Assembly (NCBI GenBank): GCA_020635975.1
Contig: JACJYT010000003.1
Coordinates: 394,655-458,654, forward strand
From: Chitinophagales bacterium
GTDB lineage: Bacteria; Bacteroidota; Bacteroidia; Chitinophagales; UBA8649
DNA length: 64,000 nucleotides
Direction of reading: 5' to 3'
Shown: positions 10,612-17,904 of the stretch, one piece after another
Position numbering within the stretch: the first letter of the stretch is position 1
Layout: every line of letters starts with the position of its first letter
Notes under the pieces: generated by a model
What the model was told of the DNA's origin: nothing
The model's input: only the letters and a program-made list of their open reading frames with translations
Database searches by the model: none
Translations under genes and position numbers: made by a program

Positions 10612-10641
10612 AAAAAGCCCTTCTTTAGAAGGGCTTTTTTA
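10612..10641 (+). terminator. rho-independent terminator of the adhesin operon
   Basis: GCCCTTC (10617-23), loop TTTA, GAAGGGC (10628-34), followed by TTTTTT. Confidence 0.7.
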
Positions 10642-10686
10642 TCAATTTGTCTTGTCCTGGAAAAAGTTGACTCAAACTAAAAAGAA

Positions 10687-11094
10687 ATGAGTAAACAGTC
10701 TAGAGAAGAAAAAACAGCGAAATCCCCCCAAGTTTATAGTGAAGGATTTAAACGAATGATAGTCTCGGAGTATGAATCGGGGAAATCAAGTAAAGCAGGG
10801 TTAAAACGCAAATATGGTATTTCAGGAAACTCTTGTATACCAAGATGGTTAAAAAAATATGGTAAATTTGATCATCCTACCTATACATCAAAAGGAAGAC
10901 CATTGAAAGATATCCAAAAACGAAGAGAGAAAGAGCTAGAACAATCTATTCGAAGTAGAGAAAAGGAGCTAGAAAAGCAATTAGCACTAAAAGAAGCAGA
11001 ACTTCAAGCCTACAAGCAATTTATCTCTATTGCTGAACGAGAATTAAACATTAAGATTGTAAAAAAGTCTGGCGCCAAGCAGTCCAAGAAATAG
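10687..11094 (+). CDS. IS3-family transposase OrfA (HTH plus coiled coil)
   Basis: 135 aa with an N-terminal HTH-like region and a heptad-rich C-terminus (EKELEKQLALKEAELQAYKQ). The slippery site lies in the last 11 codons. Confidence 0.85.
   Translation: MSKQSREEKTAKSPQVYSEGFKRMIVSEYESGKSSKAGLKRKYGISGNSCIPRWLKKYGKFDHPTYTSKGRPLKDIQKRREKELEQSIRSREKELEKQLALKEAELQAYKQFISIAERELNIKIVKKSGAKQSKK
11061..11067 (+). promoter_or_regulatory. programmed -1 ribosomal frameshift heptamer A_AAA_AAG
   Basis: The orfA zero frame reads GT-A AAA AAG TCT. After a -1 slip the frame from 11067 is open (GTC TGG CGC CAA ...) and runs into orfB. The offset 11109-11067 is 42 nt, a multiple of 3, with no stop codons between. 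Confidence 0.75.
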
Positions 11095-11108
11095 CAAAGG
11101 GAAGCAAC

Positions 11109-11981
11109 TTGAGTGTACCTCACTTAAGCAGACTGTTTGGCTATAGTAAGCAAGCCTACTATAAGAGAACATCCACTAAAACCAATATTAGCCACAAAAA
11201 AGAGCTTAAATCATTAGTGTTAGCAGTAAAGCATCAGCTTCCGAAATGTGGCGGCAGAAAGATACACCATATCATCTCAAAGAAGTTGAAAGCTCAAGGG
11301 GTGAAAGTTGGTAGGGATAAGTTATTTGATTTTTTACGTGATGAAAATTTACTTGCTTATAAAAGGAAGAAATACCATAAAACAACGAATTCAAAACATT
11401 GGATGCGGAAGTATCCTAACCAAATTAAAGACCTAGAAATAATACGTCCAGAACAAGTATGGGTTGCGGATATTACATACCTACAAGTAAAAAAGAAACA
11501 CTATTATCTACACTTAATAACAGATGCCTATTCTAAAAAAATCATGGGATATCAATTAGCAAATAATATGATGACTATAGAAACTACCAAAGCTCTAGAA
11601 AAAGCACTAGATAAAAGGATTTATACTAAAAAGTTAATCCATCATTCAGATAGAGGTTTACAGTATTGTAGTAAAGAATATACTGACCTATTAAAATCTA
11701 ATCATATCGAGATTAGCATGACAGAGAACTCCGACCCTTACGAAAATGCAGTCGCTGAAAGGATTAATGGAATATTAAAAGACGAATTTGGTATGGATCA
11801 CATATTTGAAGACTTCTATTCAATGAATAAACAACTTGATGAAGCCATACATATCTATAATGGATTTAGACCACATTTATCTATCCACTTAAACACTCCA
11901 AACCGAGCTCACTTGCAACAAAAAATGAAAATTAAAACCTATAAAAACAAAAAGGGTTCAAAACTAGTTTTGAACCCTTAA
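11109..11981 (+). CDS. IS3-family transposase OrfB (rve/DDE integrase core), probably made as an OrfAB fusion
   Basis: DDE signature: VWVADITY, HSDRGLQY, ENAVAERINGILKDE. The only in-frame start is a TTG, consistent with expression by frameshifting. Confidence 0.85.
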   Translation: MSVPHLSRLFGYSKQAYYKRTSTKTNISHKKELKSLVLAVKHQLPKCGGRKIHHIISKKLKAQGVKVGRDKLFDFLRDENLLAYKRKKYHKTTNSKHWMRKYPNQIKDLEIIRPEQVWVADITYLQVKKKHYYLHLITDAYSKKIMGYQLANNMMTIETTKALEKALDKRIYTKKLIHHSDRGLQYCSKEYTDLLKSNHIEISMTENSDPYENAVAERINGILKDEFGMDHIFEDFYSMNKQLDEAIHIYNGFRPHLSIHLNTPNRAHLQQKMKIKTYKNKKGSKLVLNP

Positions 11982-12050
11982 TTATTCTTGTAATTTTACA
12001 ACCTAATCAGTCAACCTTTTTCAGGACGTTACAATTAACTTAGGCGATGA

Positions 12051-12227
12051 TTAACCTTCGTTTTTAGCACTTTGAACTTCAACTCTAATGTCTTGTGCTA
12101 AACCTTTAAGTTCTTGTAACTTTTTTCTAAGTCTAGTACCAGCAGCTTTGTTTCCTTTACCAAAGAAATTTGCAGCATCATCTGCCATTGAAGCGGTAAG
12201 CTCTTGTAATTGTGTGAATTTTTCCAT
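12051..12227 (-). CDS. histone H1/Hc1-like small DNA-binding protein
   Basis: 58-aa ORF below the ORF-track cutoff: MEKFTQLQELTASMADDAANFFGKGNKAAGTRLRKKLQELKGLAQDIRVEVQSAKNEG. The KGNKAAGTRxRK core is typical of Bacteroidetes H1-like proteins. Confidence 0.7.
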   Translation of the reverse strand: MEKFTQLQELTASMADDAANFFGKGNKAAGTRLRKKLQELKGLAQDIRVEVQSAKNEG

Positions 12228-12391
12228 TTAATAAGGTTTTGAATTTATTAATAATAAAGCGAAGTTACGTAATGCTCTAGTTTAAATGCAAGTAAATCAA
12301 GGCTTTTTGTATAAGGAGTAATCCACAATTCAGCGTATTTATGTTGATTATTTTCATTTTATACTATTAATTCGAGTAAAATCCCAAATTT

Positions 12392-14743
12392 TTAAATTTT
12401 TACTACCGGAATATTTAATTCTCCTAGCTGGATATAGTAAATCCCTGAACTTAAATTTTGCAAATCTATTTTGCTTTCTCGTTTTTCGAGCACCATGGTT
12501 TCTAAAACATTTCCTAGTATATCTCGTATTTCTATTTTAACAGGGAATGCTAGTGTTTCAATAAAAAGAAACTGCTTTGTTGGATTTGGATAGACCTGAA
12601 TGCTAAGCTCTCTTTCCTTTTTGAGATAGATAGATTCAATATTGGAATAGGCATAGCTGCCATCATAATCCAATTGCTTCAAACGATAATAGTTGTTGCC
12701 AGGGCTAGGAGTGTAGTGAGGGGCATAATACTTATGTATTTCATTGGAGTTACCATGGCCATCTAGCCAAGCTATTTTTTGCCAGTTCAATGCATCCAGA
12801 CTGTGTTGCACTTCAAAACCTGCATTATTTATTTCGGTGGCAGTTCGCCAATTAAGCTCAACATAAGAATTTTTATTCCAAGTCGCTGCAAAATACAGTA
12901 ATTCAACAGGAAGCAGCTCTCCATCGCAATTAAGTGAATCGCCCAGTATGATCCATCCATTTTGATTTATCAGCTGATTTCTTGCACTCTCTCCCAAACA
13001 ATACTGCAAGCTATGCGAACCAAGATGAACACTGTCTTGCACATTTTGACTTACCCAAGCTATAAGTGTATTATCGTAGTTTTGTGGTGAAAGACCAGAA
13101 TTGCTAAGCATCATCGTCATGTTAGTTGCCTTACTAATGTCCCAAGCACCTAAATTTTGGTCAAAGCTAGTTGCTTGATTAAACATAAGTTCCATGTTTA
13201 TTGTTGTATCCATTAAGTTTTCGCCAATATTCCATGAACTTAAGTTTTGGTTAAAGCTTGTTGCTCCTTCAAACATTCCATTAAACCAACTTACATTCCC
13301 AACATCCCAGTTGCTCAGATCACCATTAAAACTTGTAGCATTATAAAATGATCGCCAAGCAGATTGCATTGAACTGGTGTTCCAAGCACTGATATCTCCA
13401 TTAAATTTGTTCGCAGCATAAAATGTAAATCCAAAATTTTCTACCTCAGAAACGTCCCAATCGTTTAAGTCTTGGTTGAAATTGGAGCATCCAAAGAACA
13501 TCCCTTGAATGTTTTTTATTGAACTTAAATTCCAATGATTTAAAGGGTCATTGAAAGAATCGCATAGTGCAAACATATTTTGTAGGGACAAAACAGAATC
13601 TAAGATTGGTGCATCCTTAGCAAGTACTTTCAGTTTTTTACATGAACGAAATGAATTAGTAAAATCTTTCCAAGTGATGTCGCCCCAATTTAAGATGGCC
13701 ATGAGTTTACTTTTATCCGTAAAGGCAGTTCCTCCAAATAGAATACTAGGGAAATCTCCATAAATATTAATTATCTGAGTATCTATTGCAGAATAGTTAT
13801 GCGTAATAGAGGAGCTTATATGGTATTGGTCGTAATTGCCGTCATTATCCCAATCAACATGGTAATCATAAACCAAAGTACCATCATTATTTATTGGGAT
13901 ATTGAATGAAGTATTATTGGTAATAGTATTAGCCAAAAAGCCATCGCCTTCTGTATAGATTTTAATCTTAAAAGGATTAGTGATGTAGCTTTCTATACAA
14001 CTCTCTTCAAAACCATCGTCTATGCCGCTATTATAAATAGCTAAGGCGATATTGTCAGCTTGAGCCAGACAAGCATTAGCAAAACCATCGTCTGTACCGC
14101 TTTGATAAATATCTAATGCGATATTGTCAGCTTGAGCCAGGCATGCATTGGCAAAACCATTGTCTATGCCACTTTTATAAATAGCTAAGGCGATATTATC
14201 TGCTTGAGCCAGACAAGCATTAGCAAAGCCATCGTCTATGCCGCTATTATAAATAGTTAAGGCGATATTGTCAGCTTGAGCCAGGCAAGCATTGGCAAAA
14301 CCATCGTCTATGCCGCTTTGATAAATAGCTAAGGCGATATTGTCAGCTTGAGCAATGCAAGCATTAGCAAAACCATCGTCTATACCACTTTGATAAATAG
14401 CTAAGGCGATATTATCTGCTTGAGCAAGACAAGCATTAGCAAAACCATCGTCTGTACCACTTTGATAAATAGCTAAGGCAATATTGTCAGCTTGAGCCAG
14501 ACAAGCATTGGCAAAACCATCGTCTATACCGCTTTGATAAATAGCTAAGGCGATATTGTCTGCTTGAGCCAGACAAGCAATGGCAAAGCCATCGTCCGTA
14601 CCGCTTAGATAAATAGCTAAGGATGAATTATCCGCTTGGGCAAAACATGAAGAAACACTACCATTGCCCATACCTGTATAGTAGATATTTTGTGCATGCA
14701 CAAAATGGAGATAACAACTTAGTAATAGTAGTGTTTTTTTCAT
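12392..14743 (-). CDS. BspA/DUF285-type repeat surface protein with a T9SS type A C-terminal sorting domain
   Basis: 783 aa with a signal peptide and 9.6 copies of a 24-aa repeat. DUF285-like repeats follow (FNQDLNDWDVSEVENFGFTF, FNGDISAWNTSSMQS, FNGDLSNWDVGNVSWFNGMF, FNQNLSSWNI). The C-terminal domain reads VYPNPTKQFLFIE...LSSGIYYIQL. Confidence 0.8.
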   Translation of the reverse strand: MKKTLLLLSCYLHFVHAQNIYYTGMGNGSVSSCFAQADNSSLAIYLSGTDDGFAIACLAQADNIALAIYQSGIDDGFANACLAQADNIALAIYQSGTDDGFANACLAQADNIALAIYQSGIDDGFANACIAQADNIALAIYQSGIDDGFANACLAQADNIALTIYNSGIDDGFANACLAQADNIALAIYKSGIDNGFANACLAQADNIALDIYQSGTDDGFANACLAQADNIALAIYNSGIDDGFEESCIESYITNPFKIKIYTEGDGFLANTITNNTSFNIPINNDGTLVYDYHVDWDNDGNYDQYHISSSITHNYSAIDTQIINIYGDFPSILFGGTAFTDKSKLMAILNWGDITWKDFTNSFRSCKKLKVLAKDAPILDSVLSLQNMFALCDSFNDPLNHWNLSSIKNIQGMFFGCSNFNQDLNDWDVSEVENFGFTFYAANKFNGDISAWNTSSMQSAWRSFYNATSFNGDLSNWDVGNVSWFNGMFEGATSFNQNLSSWNIGENLMDTTINMELMFNQATSFDQNLGAWDISKATNMTMMLSNSGLSPQNYDNTLIAWVSQNVQDSVHLGSHSLQYCLGESARNQLINQNGWIILGDSLNCDGELLPVELLYFAATWNKNSYVELNWRTATEINNAGFEVQHSLDALNWQKIAWLDGHGNSNEIHKYYAPHYTPSPGNNYYRLKQLDYDGSYAYSNIESIYLKKERELSIQVYPNPTKQFLFIETLAFPVKIEIRDILGNVLETMVLEKRESKIDLQNLSSGIYYIQLGELNIPVVKI
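13994..14686 (-). repeat. 72-bp in-frame tandem repeat, about 9.6 copies
   Basis: The protein unit AQADNIALAIYQSGIDDGFANACL is repeated with only a few substitutions. DNA copies are near-identical with scattered synonymous changes. Confidence 0.85.
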
Positions 14744-14777
14744 TTAATAGCTAGTGGAATTCTCCTCGTAAAAGTTT

Positions 14778-16208
14778 TTAGAATGAAATAACCCCTCTTG
14801 CTCCAACATGGGGCTCTCTATTACTTAAATCAAATGAAATTTGAGACCTATCGGCTACATATAATTGATCATAAGAATTCGAAAGAAAACTTCCTCCTCT
14901 CAAACCATAAGCAGTATTAGAAGCTGGAAAGTAAATAGGGTATGTTAAACCTAGAAAATCTCTACCAGCAGGAGTATGACAGTTTACCACTATTTCGGCT
15001 AAATTACCACTCAATTCCATAACGCCGTAATAGCTAGCTCCAGTTTGAAACCTCCCTGGTGAGTTATTGCCAAAGCTACCAACGCGAATTGGTAAAGGAA
15101 AACTATAATTACAATTTGCAAGTGAATCACTTGGTATTTCATTTGCAGCGTCAAAATTATTAATTCCATTTAATGGAAATGGTAGACTTGTTCCCCATGC
15201 AAAACTATTGGCGGGAGCAGAAGCAGGTCCTTTGCATACTTTCTCATATTCCATTTCAGACATAGGTCGTAAGCCAATCCAGGCGAGGTATGCCTTCAAA
15301 TCGTCTATATTTAAACTGTTAAGTGGTAAGTGCGGTGAGTTGGTATAATAATAATGGAATGCTGCGTTATAGAATATGCCTTCTCTATATGGACCTGAAC
15401 CCATATAACGAGCATTAGCATCTGTAGGGGAGAGTTTGTTTAAGTATTCGGTATATTGCCCTTGTGTAATCTCGTGTTTCATACAGTAAAAGGCCTTAAA
15501 TCCATTCGGATAATATTGACCAGGATTTAAGGAATTCTCTAAGGTCCATGGTGAAGGTGCCCCAGGAATATATAGCGAATTAGGTAAATTGGCACTTGAG
15601 CCACTAGTAGAACTTGTTATGGAATAGACTCCCGAGTAGATTTGACTTTGTTGAAATTTATCTTGTTCTGTTCCTAAATTGCTACCTAAAGGAAAAGAAC
15701 CTTCTGGAATGTATACCATTTCAATAGCGAACAAACAAATTTCTAAACTGTCAGCATCACTCAATCCGATTTGTAAATAATTCCATTCTAGCTCAATATT
15801 AGAATGGCTCACCATTGGCGTTATTCCAGGATAGAGGTCGGTATTTGAATAAACCATAACGCCTCGAGAAAAGTTTGTGCCAGATAAATGCGCTACACTA
15901 TTAATTACAGTAGTAGTGGTGTCATAGAGGTGACCATCAGCCAGACCTGTACCATTTATATAACTAAAGCCAACATTAGCCCAATCTTCGCTCGTTTTTT
16001 TTCTTACTTTAGCAAATATCCAAGCTGCATCCCAATTAGAAGGTCCTGCGTTCGTTCGCCAAGAATTCTCCCAGCTTACATCAAATTTTACTCTGATAGT
16101 TTTTGCTACAACATCTTTTCCGGTTAAAGAAATATTGCTTATGGTAATATTGTTCGCATATGTACTAGTCGTAATTAGTATTAAAATGCTTATAACTATT
16201 CTTTTCAT
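14778..16208 (-). CDS. secreted FGE-sulfatase (SUMF1/GldJ-like) domain protein
   Basis: 476 aa with a signal peptide. Motifs FYCMKHEITQGQYTEYLNKL and YGLRGGSF resemble the formylglycine-generating-enzyme fold. It lies 34 bp upstream of the BspA-like gene on the same strand. Confidence 0.6.
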   Translation of the reverse strand: MKRIVISILILITTSTYANNITISNISLTGKDVVAKTIRVKFDVSWENSWRTNAGPSNWDAAWIFAKVRKKTSEDWANVGFSYINGTGLADGHLYDTTTTVINSVAHLSGTNFSRGVMVYSNTDLYPGITPMVSHSNIELEWNYLQIGLSDADSLEICLFAIEMVYIPEGSFPLGSNLGTEQDKFQQSQIYSGVYSITSSTSGSSANLPNSLYIPGAPSPWTLENSLNPGQYYPNGFKAFYCMKHEITQGQYTEYLNKLSPTDANARYMGSGPYREGIFYNAAFHYYYTNSPHLPLNSLNIDDLKAYLAWIGLRPMSEMEYEKVCKGPASAPANSFAWGTSLPFPLNGINNFDAANEIPSDSLANCNYSFPLPIRVGSFGNNSPGRFQTGASYYGVMELSGNLAEIVVNCHTPAGRDFLGLTYPIYFPASNTAYGLRGGSFLSNSYDQLYVADRSQISFDLSNREPHVGARGVISF

Positions 16209-16359
16209 GCTTTAATATTTTTTATTGCAATATTAAAGGCATACTAGGAGTGGAAAAAACCAAAATATAGACTTATATTTATTTTTAACAGAGTTGATGT
16301 TTGTTTAAAGAGCTAATTATCAATGTTTTAAATCCTAATTTTATTAATTTTTTAAGGCT

Positions 16360-17802
16360 ATGGAACCCATCTTTGAATTAGTACATTCTATGAATAAAAA
16401 TGAAAAGGCTCATTTTAAGAAGTATAATGCACTGCGCTCTTATAAAGAAAAAAACAACTTGTTTCGCTTGTTTGAGTTCATAGACAAGCAAGAAGTTTAC
16501 GATGAAAATCAACTGAAAATCAAACTTAAGGATAAGAATTTTTCGCTCACTAAATTTTCTCTATTCGAACAAATTCATGCTTCCCTTAGGAATTTTCACG
16601 AAGATAGTAGCTCCACTTTAAAAGCTAATGCCTTACTCAACTCGGTGGAAATCATGGTGAGTAAAAACATGATTCAACATGCAGATTTCCTGAATAGCAA
16701 AGCTAAAAAAATTGCTCTAGATGAAGGACACCAAGAACTTTTACAAAGAGCCCTCTTTAATGAGTTGTATTTTTTAATGGTTCCTGAAAAATTACCAAAA
16801 AATATAGAGCAGCACAATGCCCTATTTGAGGAATTAAAGCAATGTAATAGTCAGCTGCAACACAGAAACGAGTATATTTATTTGCTTGCTATAGTTATGT
16901 TACCTATCCGACAAGGCATCTCCTTAAGTAATCCGCTCCACAAGGAAGTTTACGATATCTTTCTTGAAAGTAAAGCCCTTCAACTTGCCGATGATCTCTT
17001 AAGTCCAGAGTATCATATCTATAAATATAGAGCACTATCCATGTTAAGTACCTTAGAAGGGGATCTTCAAAAATCTTTAGATTTTAACTCGAAAATTGCC
17101 GAAATTTTAGCCAATAAAAAGGATATCCTTAAAAATAATGCGCGTTCCTTGATAGCCGCTTACAGAAATGTATTGGGTGGAAGTGTACTATTGAAAGATT
17201 GGACTAAAGGGGAGAATGCCTTAAAAATGCTGAGAAGCTTTATCCAGCATCCTGATATTGTTAAAAATAATTCACAACTAATATATGCTACCGAGTCTTA
17301 CTTTGTTTCGGTGGGTTATTTTTATGCCAGTCTACCTTCCTTTACAATCGAAGCAAAAGAAACCCTCGAAGAGCTTAGAAAAAGTATGATAGAATACAAG
17401 GAGTATATTAATCAATCTAGAGAAGATACCTTGGTTATTATATATTATTACTTTGCCTTGATTGAATTGCGCAAAGGAAATTTTGAAAACGCCCTGCAGT
17501 ATGCAAATGATTTTTATCTAAACAGAAAGGATCTTAATCGCTTCCAAAGCTTAGTGTTTAGTATCGATTTAGTTAAAATACTATGCTTTTATAAATTGGA
17601 AGAAACAGAAGTGGCTACCAATTTACTGAGATCGGTAAAGCGACAGTTTAAAACACAAATTGAAACTAGTCCGTTTTTAAAGGAAGCGGTTTCCCTAATT
17701 AGCTCAAAACTAAGTAATAGTTTGTCTAAAAATACGCCGCTTAACGCTAGTCCACAAAATGAACTTGAGTTAGCAATCCATTCCGGCCTTGAACACATGT
17801 AA
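16360..17802 (+). CDS. hypothetical all-helical (TPR-like) protein
   Basis: 480-aa ORF with no catalytic motif recognised. It is divergent from the FGE-like gene. Confidence 0.45.
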   Translation: MEPIFELVHSMNKNEKAHFKKYNALRSYKEKNNLFRLFEFIDKQEVYDENQLKIKLKDKNFSLTKFSLFEQIHASLRNFHEDSSSTLKANALLNSVEIMVSKNMIQHADFLNSKAKKIALDEGHQELLQRALFNELYFLMVPEKLPKNIEQHNALFEELKQCNSQLQHRNEYIYLLAIVMLPIRQGISLSNPLHKEVYDIFLESKALQLADDLLSPEYHIYKYRALSMLSTLEGDLQKSLDFNSKIAEILANKKDILKNNARSLIAAYRNVLGGSVLLKDWTKGENALKMLRSFIQHPDIVKNNSQLIYATESYFVSVGYFYASLPSFTIEAKETLEELRKSMIEYKEYINQSREDTLVIIYYYFALIELRKGNFENALQYANDFYLNRKDLNRFQSLVFSIDLVKILCFYKLEETEVATNLLRSVKRQFKTQIETSPFLKEAVSLISSKLSNSLSKNTPLNASPQNELELAIHSGLEHM

Positions 17803-17877
17803 AAGTGCCATATAAGGCATCTGCAACTTGTTCATGGAAAAGATGAAAAGAGTATAAGGAGGACTATACAAAATGTT

Positions 17878-17885
17878 TATCTTTG
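17878..17885 (+). promoter_or_regulatory. -7 promoter box TATCTTTG upstream of valS
   Basis: Exact TAnnTTTG match, 19 nt before the valS ATG. Confidence 0.45.
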
Positions 17886-17904
17886 CGGCGTCAATTCCGT
17901 ATAC

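Larger units (their letters stand above)
10654..12027 (+). mobile_element. IS3-family insertion sequence, apparently intact (1374 bp)
   Basis: 19-bp terminal inverted repeats GTCCTGGAAAAAGTTGACT (10654-10672) and AGTCAACCTTTTTCAGGAC (12009-12027), matching at 17 of 19 positions. Contains orfA plus orfB with a -1 frameshift heptamer. I could not identify an unambiguous target-site duplication. Confidence 0.85.

Noticed and set aside
13994-14686. Regularly spaced 72-bp repeats that could be mistaken for a CRISPR array.
   Set aside because: The copies are directly adjacent with no unique spacers. They are in frame within a long ORF and encode a coherent 24-aa peptide repeat. No cas genes are present.
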